From an uncultured delta proteobacterium (GTDB taxonomy: Bacteria > Myxococcota > Myxococcia > Myxococcales > Myxococcaceae), in NCBI GenBank assembly GCA_963796055.1, contig CAWCKH010000004.1:128001-192000 (forward strand): a stretch of DNA of 64,000 nucleotides, in the 5' to 3' direction. Numbering within the stretch: the stretch's first letter is position 1; every line of letters begins with the position of its first letter. Under the pieces are notes generated by a model. That model was not told where the DNA came from. It saw nothing but the letters and a program-made list of their open reading frames with translations, and ran no database searches. Shown piece by piece: positions 23,544-35,100 of this stretch. Both the position numbers and the translations under genes were made by a program.

Positions 23544-23642
23544 GCGACCACTCCCGGGGGGGCCGACGATTCCCTGCGAGGAAGCTCCCGCATGCAGCAA
23601 CCCCGTGTCCACCCGGCTCCGCCCCGTGTCATCCCCACCGTC

Positions 23643-23957
23643 ATGCCAGTCTTCAAGATCGCCCGGTTCGCGGTTCGCCCCGACGCGCGGGACGAGGTCG
23701 AGCGGGCGATGCGCGAGTTCGCCCTCTACGTGGGGCTCGAGCTCGAGGACTCCGCCTGGACCGCCTACCGCGACCGGCGGAACCCCAACGTCTACGTCAC
23801 GCTCATCACCGCCGACGACGGCGACGCCGCCGAGCACCAGCGCACGGCCGGCGCGTCGGTCCAGTTCGCCCGGGTGATCCAGTCGCGGCTTCTCACCGAC
23901 GTCGAGACCCGGGAGTACGAGCTGGTCGCCACCAGCCGCGGCGGGCTGCCCCCCTGA
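23643..23957 (+). CDS. Antibiotic-biosynthesis-monooxygenase-like (dimeric alpha/beta barrel) protein
   Basis: MPVFKIARFAVRPDARDEVERAMREF pattern, 104 aa. Confidence 0.6.
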   Translation: MPVFKIARFAVRPDARDEVERAMREFALYVGLELEDSAWTAYRDRRNPNVYVTLITADDGDAAEHQRTAGASVQFARVIQSRLLTDVETREYELVATSRGGLPP

Positions 23958-24051
23958 ACGTCGGCGGGCTAGCGCTGCGCCATGGTCGCCAGCAAGAGCC
24001 GCCACCTCCGGGTCGCCCCAGGTGGCGAGCGCCGCCGGAAACGCCTTTCGC

Positions 24052-25605
24052 TCAGGCCCGCCCGAGATCCCGGAGCACCCGACGCGCAGCGTTGTGCCCT
24101 GCCGCCCCGATGACCGAGCCCGCCGGGTGGCAGCCGGCGCTCGCCGAGTACAGTCCGTCCACCGGCTGCGCGTACGCCAGCCGGTCGGCGAAGCCGAAGG
24201 CGTTGTCCACGTGGTGGATGTGGCCCCCGGTGATGCCGAAGTGCGTCTCGATCTTCCGCGGGTGCAGGGGGAAGGTGTCCACCACCAGCCCGCTCGTCCC
24301 CGGGGCGAAGCGGTCGCAGATCGACAGGAGGTGGCGCACGTAGCGCTCCTCCTCTGCTTCCCAGGTCGTCCCGGAGAGCGTGTGCGGCACCCACTGCACG
24401 AAGAGCGCCGAGTTGTGGTGCCCGGCCTCGTCCCGCATCGACGGGTCCACCGTGGTGTGGATGTACCACTCGATGGTCGGGAACTCGGGCAGCCGACCCG
24501 CCTGCACGTCGGCGAAGCTCCGGGTCAGGGACGCCATCACCTCGCCCTCGTCCGGAAGGAGGTGCATCGTCGAGCCGAACTGCCCGCGATCCTCCGGCAG
24601 GCAGCGGAAGCGGGGCAGCCCCTTCAGCGCCATGTTCACCTTGAAGGTGGTCCCGGTGCGCCGGTAGCCGTCCACCCGGGCGTTCCACGAGGCCGGGAAC
24701 CGCGGCGCCCCGACCAGGTCGCGCATCCGGAACGGGTCGGCATTCACCACCGCCACCCCCGTCCGTACCTCGCGGCCGGAGCCGCAGTGCACCGCCTCCA
24801 CCCCGCCCGCGCCCACCGCGATGCGCGAGACGCGGTCCGAGGTCACGATGCGCGCCCCCGCCGCCTGCGCCAGCTCCGCCAGCCGCGCGGTCACCGTGCC
24901 CATCCCGCCGCGGACGATCATCCACGTCCCGTCCGCCCCGGGCAGCCGGCACATGTTGTGGACCAGGAAGTTCATCCCGCTCCCCGGCGTGTGCCAGGTG
25001 CCGGAGAGGCCGCTGAAGCCGTCGGTCACCGCGTACATCGCCCGCAGCAGGTCGCTCCGGAACTCGAACCGGTCCAGGTACGGGCCCACCGGCCCGCGGC
25101 ACAGCGCGACGAACACCTGCCGCAGAGCCGGCCGCACGTACCGCTCGGCGGTGTCCTCGATCGAGAGCGGCTCCTCGAGCCAGGTGGGGGCGATGTCCTC
25201 GCGCAGCTGGCCCAGCTCCTCTTGCAGCCGCTGGTTCGCGCGCCAGTCCGCCTCGGAGAAGAAGGAGGTGAACTGCGCCTTCATCGCCGCCTGGTCCGAG
25301 CCGAAGAGGAGGTAGCGCTCGCCGGTGGTGGGCAGGAAGTAGTGCGGGTCACGGCGCAGCAGCGGCAGCTCCAGCCCCAGGGTCTGGAGCAGCTCCGGTG
25401 GCATCAGCCCTAACAGATAAGCCCCGGTGGACGTCCGCAGCCCGGGCGCCTTCCTGAACGGCGTCTCGGTCTTCGCCGCCCCGCCCACCGTGTCCTTCTC
25501 CTCGAGAACCAGCACCGACAGCCCGGCGCGGGCGAGCAGGGTCGCCGCCACCAGGCCGTTGTGACCTGCCCCCACCACCACCACGTCCGCGCGCTCGGTG
25601 CTCAT
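24052..25605 (-). CDS. Phytoene-desaturase-like FAD-dependent oxidoreductase
   Basis: VVVGAGHNGLVAA, RGGMGTV, GCHPAGSVIGAAGHNAA. Confidence 0.9.
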   Translation of the reverse strand: MSTERADVVVVGAGHNGLVAATLLARAGLSVLVLEEKDTVGGAAKTETPFRKAPGLRTSTGAYLLGLMPPELLQTLGLELPLLRRDPHYFLPTTGERYLLFGSDQAAMKAQFTSFFSEADWRANQRLQEELGQLREDIAPTWLEEPLSIEDTAERYVRPALRQVFVALCRGPVGPYLDRFEFRSDLLRAMYAVTDGFSGLSGTWHTPGSGMNFLVHNMCRLPGADGTWMIVRGGMGTVTARLAELAQAAGARIVTSDRVSRIAVGAGGVEAVHCGSGREVRTGVAVVNADPFRMRDLVGAPRFPASWNARVDGYRRTGTTFKVNMALKGLPRFRCLPEDRGQFGSTMHLLPDEGEVMASLTRSFADVQAGRLPEFPTIEWYIHTTVDPSMRDEAGHHNSALFVQWVPHTLSGTTWEAEEERYVRHLLSICDRFAPGTSGLVVDTFPLHPRKIETHFGITGGHIHHVDNAFGFADRLAYAQPVDGLYSASAGCHPAGSVIGAAGHNAARRVLRDLGRA

Positions 25606-27611
25606 CGGCCTCCCGCCGGTCCCGGGCCCCCGCCCACCAGCTGCTCCCGGAGGAAGAAGAGCATCGTGGCGCTGGCGTAGTCGCGGGTCTCCTTCTTCTT
25701 GAACCCGTGCCCCTCGTCCAGCGCCAGGAGGTACCACACCGTCTTCCCCTGGTCGCGGACCGCGCGGACGATCTGCTCCGCCTCGCTCTGGGGCACCCGC
25801 GGGTCGTTCTTCCCCTGCAGCACGTACATCGAGGCGCGGATCTTCCCCGCCGAGTTGAGCGGGGAGATTCGCTCCTGGACCGCGCGGACCTCCGGCACCC
25901 GCTCGTCGCCGTACTCCGCCCGGCGGAGGTCCCTTCGGTACGGGGCGGTGCTGACCAGGAAGGTGGCAAGGCTGGAAACGCCCACCACGTCCACCGCCGC
26001 CCGGAAGCGCTCCGGGTAGAAGGCCACCGAGGCCAGGGTCATGTACCCCCCGTAGCTGCCCCCGAATGCGGCCACCCGCGATGGATCGAGGTCCGCCTGG
26101 CGGCCGATGAAGTCCAGGGTGGCCCCGATGTCCTTCAGCGCCTCCTCGCGCTTCACCCCGTCGTCGGCGGCGAGGTACGCCTTCCCGTAGCCGTCCGAGC
26201 CCCGCACGTTGGGGAGCAGAACCGCGAACCCCAGATCGACCATCGCCTGGAACGTCGCGGTGAACCTCGGCCGCTCCTGACCCTCGGGCCCGCCGTGCCA
26301 GTAGACGACCACCGGGGCGCGCGTCCCAGGTCGGAGCCCCCGGGGACGATAGAGGAGCGCAGGGACCTGGACGCCGCCCGCCGACGGGTAGCGGACCAGC
26401 TCTGGAGCGACGAAGTGCGAGGCGTCCATCCCCCCCACCTCGCTGCGCGTCCACCGGAGTGGCTTGCCGCGCTTCACCGGCACCTGCCACACGTCGCCGG
26501 GCGAGGTCGGGGTATCGATGCCGAAGGTCAGCACGTCCGACGTCCGGCTCGGGAAGCGCATCTCGCCCATCACCCCCGGGGGGACGTCGACCGGGGTGCG
26601 CTTCGTGGTGCCCCGCGGGAGCAGATAGAGCTTGCTGAACCCATCCTCGTTGGCGGCGAAGGCCACCGTGCCGTCGCGCGCCACCGCCAGCGCCTCCACG
26701 TCCCAGCGGAGGTCCCGGGTCAGCGGCGTCCACGGGGCGTCCGGCCGCCCCGCGTCCACCCGGAAGAGCTGCGCGACGTCGGCGCCTCGATCGGTGACCA
26801 GGTAGATCGCCTTGCCGTCGCCGGAGAAGGCGGCGTGGCGCACCGAGGCCTTCCCGGCCTTCTCCGGATCCGGCGTCACCCGCGTGCGCTGCCGGGTGCC
26901 GAGGTCGACCAGCCAGAGGTCGGCGTCGTCGATGGCCCGCCGCTGCAGCACCAGCAGGCGCTCGCCGTCCGAGGAGAAGTCCACCGGCGTCCAGGTCCCC
27001 TTCTCCTCGGTCAGCCGCCGCGCGGTGCTGGGGGTGGCCACCTCGGCCAGGTAGACGTCGGTGTCCGTCCCGTTCCGCCCGGTGCCCGAGTACGCCAGCC
27101 GGCGTCCGTCACGCGACAGAGTGAACGTCTCGTGCCGGCTCTTCCCGTCGGTCAGCAGCTGGCGCTGGCCGGTGCGAACGTCCAGCCGGTACAGCTGGAA
27201 GTACTCGCCCCCTCCGGTGTCCTGGAGGAAGAACAAGATCCGGGGATCTCCGGGGAGCCACCGCGCCTTGGCCACCGGCTCCTTGCCGAAGGTGAGCTGC
27301 TCGCGCATCCCCAGCGGCGCGCTGATCCGATGCAGCTGGTTCACCGACGCGAACCGGGTGAGGATCAGCAGCGACTTGCCGTCCTCTCCGGGGTCCGCCA
27401 GGAGCGCCGAGCGAACCTCGTTGTACGGCGCGAGCCAGGCCTCGAAGTCCGCCGGCACCACCGGCACCCCGCTCACCAGCACCCGGGACAGCCCGGGGGC
27501 GGCCTCGACGGCGATCGACGACGGACGGGCTGTTCCGGCATCGGCCCGGGCCGGCGCGGTGGACTGCGGCTGGGCCAGCAGGAGGAAGACGGTCGCGGCG
27601 GGTAGGATCAT
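25602..27611 (-). CDS. S9 family (prolyl oligopeptidase-like) peptidase
   Basis: Beta-propeller region, HGGPEGQ, GGSYGG nucleophile, NDPRVP, DEGHGF. Confidence 0.93.
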   Translation of the reverse strand: MILPAATVFLLLAQPQSTAPARADAGTARPSSIAVEAAPGLSRVLVSGVPVVPADFEAWLAPYNEVRSALLADPGEDGKSLLILTRFASVNQLHRISAPLGMREQLTFGKEPVAKARWLPGDPRILFFLQDTGGGEYFQLYRLDVRTGQRQLLTDGKSRHETFTLSRDGRRLAYSGTGRNGTDTDVYLAEVATPSTARRLTEEKGTWTPVDFSSDGERLLVLQRRAIDDADLWLVDLGTRQRTRVTPDPEKAGKASVRHAAFSGDGKAIYLVTDRGADVAQLFRVDAGRPDAPWTPLTRDLRWDVEALAVARDGTVAFAANEDGFSKLYLLPRGTTKRTPVDVPPGVMGEMRFPSRTSDVLTFGIDTPTSPGDVWQVPVKRGKPLRWTRSEVGGMDASHFVAPELVRYPSAGGVQVPALLYRPRGLRPGTRAPVVVYWHGGPEGQERPRFTATFQAMVDLGFAVLLPNVRGSDGYGKAYLAADDGVKREEALKDIGATLDFIGRQADLDPSRVAAFGGSYGGYMTLASVAFYPERFRAAVDVVGVSSLATFLVSTAPYRRDLRRAEYGDERVPEVRAVQERISPLNSAGKIRASMYVLQGKNDPRVPQSEAEQIVRAVRDQGKTVWYLLALDEGHGFKKKETRDYASATMLFFLREQLVGGGPGPAGGR

Positions 27612-27807
27612 GTGGTCGCGGCTTTCCAGACCCGGGGCGCGGGCGCAAGCGCCGGGCCGCGGCCCGCGCTGCCGATCCTTGCCGCATGGCTTTGCCGCCT
27701 GCTACCGTCCCCGCCGTCCGGACGAGGCCGCGGCGGCGCGAACTGACGCGGAATCCCTCAGAAAACGCGGTCGATCCCTCGGCAGCGAAGGGGACAATCT
27801 CACGCCC

Positions 27808-28290
27808 ATGGGCACGCAACTGGTGATGTATGACGAGGAGTACAATCGCATCAACGCCGTCTGCGATCGCCTGACCAAGGACGCCAACGCCAAGGTCGTC
27901 TTCATCGTCGACAAGAACGGACAGCTGATCTCCGCCTCCGGCCAGACCCAGAACATCGACACCACCTCGCTGGCCTCGCTCACCGCCGGCAACGTCGCCG
28001 CCATGGGCGGGCTGGCGAAGCTGATCGGCGAGAACGAGTTCCCCAACCAGATCCACGAGGGAGCGCGCGAGTCGCTCTACATGACCATCGTCGGCAGCCG
28101 AGTGGTGCTGGTGGTCATCTTCGACACCCGCACCTCGCTGGGCCTGGTCAGGCTGCGGGTGAAGAAGGCTTCCGACGAGCTCGGCAAGATCTTCGAGGCG
28201 CTGGTGAAGAAGACCGAGAGCCCGGGCGGGATGGGCTCGCCCTTCGCCGAGATCTCCGACGAAGACATCGACAACCTCTTCAGCGAGTGA
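27808..28290 (+). CDS. mglB: Roadblock-domain GTPase-activating protein MglB
   Basis: MGTQLVMY...DKNGQLI...[12 protein letters not shown]...[12 protein letters not shown]. Confidence 0.97.
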   Translation: MGTQLVMYDEEYNRINAVCDRLTKDANAKVVFIVDKNGQLISASGQTQNIDTTSLASLTAGNVAAMGGLAKLIGENEFPNQIHEGARESLYMTIVGSRVVLVVIFDTRTSLGLVRLRVKKASDELGKIFEALVKKTESPGGMGSPFAEISDEDIDNLFSE

Positions 28291-28309
28291 CAGACCCCCA
28301 GGTCACGAA

Positions 28310-28897
28310 ATGTCCTTCATCAATTACTCATCCCGCGAGATCAACTGCAAGATCGTCTACTACGGGCCTGGTCTCTGCGGGAAGACGACCAACCTCCAGT
28401 ACATCTACAACAAGACCAACCCCGAGACGAAGGGCAAGCTGATCAGTCTCAGCACCGAGACGGACCGCACCCTGTTCTTCGACTTCCTCCCCCTGTCGCT
28501 GGGCGAGATCCGCGGGTTCAAGACCCGCTTCCATCTCTACACGGTCCCCGGTCAGGTCTTCTACGACGCCAGCCGCAAGCTGATCCTCAAGGGCGTGGAC
28601 GGGGTGGTCTTCGTCGCCGACAGCCAGGTGGAGCGCATGGAGGCGAACATGGAATCGTTCGAGAACCTCCGCACCAATCTCGGCGAGCAGGGCTACGACC
28701 TGAACCGCATCCCCAGCGTGGTGCAGTACAACAAGCGAGACCTGCCCAACGCGGTGGCGATAGAAGAGCTCCGCGCCTCGCTCAATCCCCGGTCCGTCCC
28801 CGAGTTCCAGGCCGTCGCCCCCACCGGGGTGGGAGTCTTCGACACATTGAAGGCCGTGGCCAAGCTGGTCCTCACCGAGCTGAAAAAGGGCGGGTAG
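28310..28897 (+). CDS. mglA: Ras-like polarity GTPase MglA
   Basis: [37 protein letters not shown]. Confidence 0.99.
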   Translation: MSFINYSSREINCKIVYYGPGLCGKTTNLQYIYNKTNPETKGKLISLSTETDRTLFFDFLPLSLGEIRGFKTRFHLYTVPGQVFYDASRKLILKGVDGVVFVADSQVERMEANMESFENLRTNLGEQGYDLNRIPSVVQYNKRDLPNAVAIEELRASLNPRSVPEFQAVAPTGVGVFDTLKAVAKLVLTELKKGG

Positions 28898-28986
28898 GCA
28901 GGAAGGGCGGCGGCCAGTCGGACAAGGGGGTCGTCCGGCGCCCCGTGGTATGTAATGACAGGGTTTTCGCCGCCTCGGAGCCGTCC

Positions 28987-29850
28987 TTGCGCCCAGGTCA
29001 GTCCGCACTTCTCGCAGCCCTCACGGTGCTCGCCAGCGTCTCGGTCCTCGCCCAGTCCAGCGACGCGCTCCCCCCCCTGCCCGACTCCCGCGCCGATCCC
29101 GCGGGCGGGGCAGGCGAGATGGCCCCGATGCGCACCGGGGACAAGTCGCTGCAGGCCACCCCGCCGGCCCCCGCACCGGCGAAGCCCGGCTCCACCGCCG
29201 CACCGCCTCCTCCGCCGGGGTCCGCGCCCGCCGCCGCCGCGGTGAAGGCCAGCCCGCCCGAGGCGCTCCCTCCGGTCACCTCCGACGAGGCGTTCCAGAC
29301 GCGGGTGAAGACGCTCGAGGAGCAGGTGGTGGATCTCAAGGAGAAGATCTACCGCACCAAGGCGCGGCTGCTGCTGCTGCAAGAGACGGTGCTCGGAGGA
29401 GACCTGTCCTCGGGAGCCCGCGCGGTGCTGGTGCACAAGAACGACATGGGCGGCAGCTTCCGGCTCGAGTCGGTGGCCTACGCCCTCGACGGGGCGCCCA
29501 TCCTGACCCGCACCGACAAGGACGGCGACCTCTCCAAGCGCCCGGAGTTCGAGATCTTCAACGGCCGCATCGTCCCCGGCCAGCACCAGATCGCGGTGCG
29601 GCTCATCTACCGGGGCAAGGGCTTCGGGGTCTTCAGCTACCTCGAGGGCTACAAGTTCACCGTCAGCTCCAGCTACACCTTCACCGCCGAGCCGGGAAAG
29701 GTCACCACGGTCAAGGTGGTGGGCTACGAGAAGGGCGGGATCACCACCGAGCTGAAGGACCGGCCCGCGGTGCGCTACGACGTCGAGGTCAACCGGGAGG
29801 TGGCTCCGAAGCCCACCTCGGCGCAGGTGGAGCAAAAGGAGACGAAGTGA
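28987..29850 (+). CDS. Exported protein with Pro/Ala linker and coiled coil, first gene of the Glt-like cluster; start uncertain
   Basis: Signal peptide; LEEQVVDLKEKIYRTKARLLLLQE; GFGVFSYLEGYKF; GTGA overlap with the next gene. Confidence 0.8.
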   Translation: MRPGQSALLAALTVLASVSVLAQSSDALPPLPDSRADPAGGAGEMAPMRTGDKSLQATPPAPAPAKPGSTAAPPPPPGSAPAAAAVKASPPEALPPVTSDEAFQTRVKTLEEQVVDLKEKIYRTKARLLLLQETVLGGDLSSGARAVLVHKNDMGGSFRLESVAYALDGAPILTRTDKDGDLSKRPEFEIFNGRIVPGQHQIAVRLIYRGKGFGVFSYLEGYKFTVSSSYTFTAEPGKVTTVKVVGYEKGGITTELKDRPAVRYDVEVNREVAPKPTSAQVEQKETK

Positions 29851-32180
29851 ACCCCGCCAGGGCCGCGGCGCTGCTGGCGCTGCTCGCCGTGGAGACGCCC
29901 GCCCTCGCCGCCGAGGTCAAGGTCTCGGCCTCCAGCGGGGCCAAGCTGGACCAGGTGGCGGCCCAGCTCCGCAACGCCACCGAGAACCTGGGCGTGGTCG
30001 AGACCCAGTACGTCGGTCGCGCGGACCCCTCGAACGAGCTGGTGCTGGAGCGGCGCTTCTCCGACGGGGAGATCCAGTACCTCCTCCAGGACTGGGCCAC
30101 CGCCTCGGTGCTCTTCTACGATCTGCTCGCCGACAAGGCATTCGACCACAACCCCCGCCGCCCGGATGCGCTCTGGTACCTCTCGGATGCGCTCTACCAG
30201 CAGCAGAGTTACGGCAGCGCCCGGCTCTACCTGCGCGAGCTGCTCCAGCAGGACACGCCGCGCTACCGCGAGGCGCTGAGCCGCTACCTCGACGTCACCA
30301 CCAAGCTGAACGACTGGGGGAACCTCGAGCCGTACCTGGCGAAGGCGCGCGGCCCGGACGGCCAGCTCCCGCCGGACATCGCCTACGTCCACGCCAAGTG
30401 GCTGGCCCGGAGGACCGACCTCTCCCCCGCCGAGCGGCAGCGCCAGGCCACCGAGGCCTTCCTGCCGCTCACCGGGCAGGGCAACCGCTTCCGCCTGCCG
30501 AGTCTCTACTTCCTCGGCGTCCTGCGGGTGCAGGCCCAGGACTACGAGGGGGCCATGGTGCGCTTCAGCGAGGTGGCGAACAGCAAGCCGGCCGACGAGC
30601 GCGAGCAGCGCATCGTCGAGCTCGGCCACCTGGGGCTGGCGCGGCTCCTGGTCGAGACCGGTCACGTGCCCGAGGCGGTCGATCAGTACCAGGCCATCAG
30701 CCAGGATTCGCCGGCCTTTCCCGAGGCGCTCTACGAGATGGCCTGGGCCAAGGTGCGGGCCGAGGACTGGGTCGGAGCGCGCAACGCGACCGACATCCTG
30801 CTGCTGGTGGCCCCCGACTCGCCGCTGGCCCCCGAGGGGCAGATCCTCCAGGGGCACCTGCAGCTCAAGCTCAAGAAGTACAAGGAAGCCACCGAGACGT
30901 ACAACGGCGTCATCAGCACCTACGCCCCGGTGCGCGACGAGATCGACCGGATGCTCGCGGTTCAGAAGGACCCGGTGGCCTACTTCGACAACCTCCTCGC
31001 CCGGAACGAGAAGGCCCTCGACGTGAACACGCTCCTCCCTCCGCTGGCGCTGAAGTGGGCCAGCACCCAGGATGACGTGGGCCAGGCACTGCGGGTGGTC
31101 GGCGCGCTCGAGGGCGGCAAGAAGGGTGTCACCGACAGCCGGGCCATCGCCGATCGCATCCTCAGGGCGCTGGACGAGCGCGGCGCCGAGGCCTTCCCCG
31201 CACTTCAGGAAGGGACCACCCGCGCCGAGGCGGTGGCCAACGCGCTGGCCTCGGCCGAGACCACCCTGGATTCGACCGAGGTCGAGGTCCTGGACCCGGT
31301 GCTCACCCACGACGAGCGGCTGGAGCTGGGTCGCATCCAGGCCAGCCTGGCAAGCAGCCGTGCGCGGCTCGGCGCGTTGCCCGTCACCCCTGACGAAGTC
31401 GCCGCCCGCCGCACCAAGATGCAGGCCCTGATGGACGCCGTGGACCGGGAGGCGTTCCGCCTCGGCACCGAGCTGCAGAGCATGACCGCGATGCTGGTCG
31501 CCACGCAGAAGTGGGTGGCGGACACGCGGGGGACACGGCGCGACGGGCCGGAGGACGAGAAGAAGTTCACCGAGCGGCTGCTGTCCGAGCAGCGTTCGCT
31601 GCAGGCGCTGGAGCAGGACGTGGCGAGGCTCCGCGGAGAGCTGATCGCCCAGCGCGGCCTGGTGGACACCACCATCGGCGGGGAGCAGGCCATCCGCCAG
31701 GAGATGGCCCAGGCCAGCTCCTCGATGCGGGGCATCCTCTCCGGGGTGGAGCCCCGGGCGAGCGGCGAGGGCGCGCAGTTCGTCGTTCGCACCCGGGACC
31801 TCCGCGCGCAGATCGGCACGCTCCAGCAGCGCACCACCGCGGCGCAGTCCGCGCTCCGGGATCGGGTCCGGCAGAAGGGCGTGGAGATCCGGGAGAAGGT
31901 GGTGACCGAGGCGAAGCTGCTGGACGGCTACGGCAAGGACGTGGGCCACGTCTCGGGCGACGCGCAGCAGCTGGTGGGCCGCATGGCCTACGACAGCTTC
32001 CGCCGCGTGCGCCGGCAGTTCTACGACCTGGTCCTCAAGGCCGACGTCGGCGTGGTGGACAGCGCCTTCACCAGGAAGCAGGCCCAGACCACCGCCATCC
32101 AGAAGGTCGCCTCGCAGAAGGAGGAGGAGCTGCGGGCGCTGGACGAGGACTTCCGGCCGGTGCTCAAGGACGTCGACTGA
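29847..32180 (+). CDS. TPR + coiled-coil protein, GltC/NfsC-like paralog
   Basis: Signal peptide, TPRs, long coiled coil; position directly before a GltD-like gene. Confidence 0.75.
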   Translation: MNPARAAALLALLAVETPALAAEVKVSASSGAKLDQVAAQLRNATENLGVVETQYVGRADPSNELVLERRFSDGEIQYLLQDWATASVLFYDLLADKAFDHNPRRPDALWYLSDALYQQQSYGSARLYLRELLQQDTPRYREALSRYLDVTTKLNDWGNLEPYLAKARGPDGQLPPDIAYVHAKWLARRTDLSPAERQRQATEAFLPLTGQGNRFRLPSLYFLGVLRVQAQDYEGAMVRFSEVANSKPADEREQRIVELGHLGLARLLVETGHVPEAVDQYQAISQDSPAFPEALYEMAWAKVRAEDWVGARNATDILLLVAPDSPLAPEGQILQGHLQLKLKKYKEATETYNGVISTYAPVRDEIDRMLAVQKDPVAYFDNLLARNEKALDVNTLLPPLALKWASTQDDVGQALRVVGALEGGKKGVTDSRAIADRILRALDERGAEAFPALQEGTTRAEAVANALASAETTLDSTEVEVLDPVLTHDERLELGRIQASLASSRARLGALPVTPDEVAARRTKMQALMDAVDREAFRLGTELQSMTAMLVATQKWVADTRGTRRDGPEDEKKFTERLLSEQRSLQALEQDVARLRGELIAQRGLVDTTIGGEQAIRQEMAQASSSMRGILSGVEPRASGEGAQFVVRTRDLRAQIGTLQQRTTAAQSALRDRVRQKGVEIREKVVTEAKLLDGYGKDVGHVSGDAQQLVGRMAYDSFRRVRRQFYDLVLKADVGVVDSAFTRKQAQTTAIQKVASQKEEELRALDEDFRPVLKDVD

Positions 32181-35100
32181 TGCTGGGCCACCTCCTCATC
32201 GCCCTGGCCGTCGCGGCGAGCCCGGCCTCCACCTCCACCAAGACCAAGGGCAAGGCCCGGGCCCCAGCGACGAAGAAGGCCCCGGCGCCTGCCAGGCCGG
32301 CCGAGGCGGCGCCTCCGGCGACCGCCACCCCCGAGAAGCAGGACGTGTTGCCCGCCCAGAAGCCCACGCTGAGCATGGAGGGGATGGGGCGCACCCCCGA
32401 GGAGCAGAAGCAGCTGGACGATCTGCAGCAGATGCTCCACGCGTACGAGGACGAATCGCGCGACTTCAAGCGCGACGTCCAGCTGCTGGTGGAGAAGAAG
32501 TACGAGGAGAAGCGCAGCGGCCTGGACGCCAGCTACGAGAAGGCCATCCGCGACCTGGAGGTGAACGAGCGGAAGGACCGGCTCGACGCCATCGCCCAGT
32601 TCGAGGAGTTCCTCCAGCGCTACCCCGACGAGCCCCGCTACACCCCGGACGTCATGTTCCGGCTGGCCGAGCTGTACTACGAGCGCAGCGCGGACGATCA
32701 CGCGGTGGCGATGCGCGCCTACGAGGACCAGCTCAAGCGGGTGGACCCCTCGAGCAACACCCCGCCCCCGCCCGAGCCGGCGGTGGACTTCCGGCCTTCG
32801 ATCGCCCTCTACAGACAGTTGCTGGAGCGCTTCCCCAAGTTCAAGTTCAACGACGCCACCACCTACCTGCTCGCCTACTGCCTGGAGAAGCAGAACGACT
32901 TCGAGGGCGCCCAGCAGGCCTACCACGACGTCATCGACGACTACCCGAAGAGCAAGTTCGTGACCGAGGCCTGGGTGCGCATCGGCGAGTACTACTTCGA
33001 CGACTACGACGACCCGGACGCGCTTCCCCGGGCGGCGCAGGCCTACGAGGCGGCGATCAAGGACACCAAGAGCCCGCTCTACGACAAGTCGCTCTACAAG
33101 CTGGGGTGGACCTACTACCGCCAGGACAAGTTCGAGCCGGCGGTGCAGCGCTTCCTGGAGCTGGTGGACTACTACGACCGGACCGGCGCGAAGAGGGACG
33201 GCAAGGCCACCGGCGAGCTCCGCGGCGAGGCGCTCCAGTACACCGCGATCAGCTTCGCCGACGAGAAGTGGGGCTCGGTGGAGAAGGCCAAGGCCACCTT
33301 CGCCCAGATGGGCGGCCGGCCCTACGAGGCCGAGGTCTACCGCCGGATGGGCGACGTCTACTTCGACCAGACCCGCCACACCGAGGCCATCGCCTCCTAC
33401 CGGCTGGCGCTGCAGAGGGACCCGCTGGCCGACGACGCCCCCAAGCTCCAGCAGAAGATCGTCCAGGCCTACGAGCGCGACCGCAAGCTGAACGAGGCCT
33501 TCGCCGAATCCGAGGCGATGGCCAACGCCTACGCCCCGGGCACGCCCGTGGTACGAGAAGCACAAGAACGACCCGGAGATCCTCGCCGCCACCCAGGAGC
33601 TGGCGGAGAAGAACCTCTACGGCAGCGCGGTCTACCACCACCAGCAGGCCCTCGCCCTCAAGCAGCAGGGGAAGCTGGAAGCGGCGAAGACGATGTTCGA
33701 GTCCGCGGCCACGGGCTACGAGGGCTACCTGGCCCGCTTCCCCCGGAGCAAGGCCGCGTACGAGGTGCAGTTCTTCGCCGGCGAGTGTCAGTACAACTCG
33801 CTGCAGTTCGCCAAGGCGGCGAAGAACTACGACGCCATCCGCGACACCGGCGCGGACGACAAGTACCGCAAGGAGGCGGCCTACGGCGCGGTGCTCGCCT
33901 GGAGCAAGCTGGTGGAGCAGCTCCAAGACTCGAAGAAGCTGGCCAGGTACCCGGTGCTCCGGAGCAAGGACCGGCCCGAGGGCGACAAGCCGCAGGGCAT
34001 CCCCCTGGCCCCGGAGGAGCAGTCGCTGGTCGCCGCCACCGATGCCTTCCTCCAGCTCTCGCCGAACGACGAGCGCGCCCCCGGGGCGGCTTACCGGGCC
34101 GCCGAGCTGCTCTACGCGCACAACCAGTTCCCGGACGCCAGGGTGCGCTTCGAGAACATCATCCGCAGCTATCCGAAGAGCGAGGTCGCCAAGTACGCCA
34201 CCAACCTCACGGTGGAGAGCTTCCTCATCGACAAGGACTGGCGGAGCGTGGAGGAGGTCTCGGCCCGGCTGGCCCAGAACACCGAGGTCATCGACCCAAG
34301 AGCGAGCTGTACAAGGACCTGGTCAAGTTCAAGCTCGCCGGCCGGTTCAAGCTCGCCGACGAGCTGATGGCCCAGGGTGCCTGGGACGAGGCGGCGAGGA
34401 AGTACATCCAGCTGGTCGACGAGGAGCCCAAGCACGAGTTCGCCGACAAGGCGCTGAACAACGCCGCGGTCTGCTACGAGAAGGACCACCGCTTCGAGAG
34501 CGCGCTCAAGCTGTACCAGCGGATCTTCCAGGAGTACCCGAACAGCAAGCTGGCCGACGCCGCGCTGTTCCGGGTGGCGGTGAACCAGGAGAACTCGTAC
34601 GACTTCGACCGCGCGGTGGCCAGCTACGAGCAGCTGGTGAAGCAGTACCCGGCGAGCAAGGACCGCGAGGCGGCGCTGTACAACGCCGCCCGCCTGCTCG
34701 AGGGTCAGCAGAAGTACCCCCAGGCGGCCGCGGCCTACGCCCGCTACGCCGAGCTGTTCCCCAGGGCCGAGGACGCGCCCAAGAACCAGTACCGCGCCGC
34801 GCTGGTCTACGAGAAGCAGGGGGACACCCGGAACGAGGTCAAGGCGCTCAACGAGTTCGTCCGCCGCTTCGGGGGCAAGGCCAACCAGGGTGAGCTGGTG
34901 GTGGAGGCGCACAAGAAGCTCGGCGACGCGTATGCGAAGTCCGGAAACCCCAAGGACGCCCGGAAGGCCTGGGAGACCGCAGCCAGGGAGTTCGACCGGA
35001 AGGGGCTCAAGCCGGACGCCGCGCTCCAGGGCGCCGACGCTGCCGCCGAGTCCCGGTTCATGGTGGCCGAGCAGGACCTTCGAGATTTCGACAAGCTGAA

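Noticed and set aside
28987..29850. Dihydrolipoamide acetyltransferase label suggested by the Pro/Ala linker
   Set aside because: No lipoyl or catalytic motifs; the protein has a signal peptide and belongs to the Glt-like cluster.
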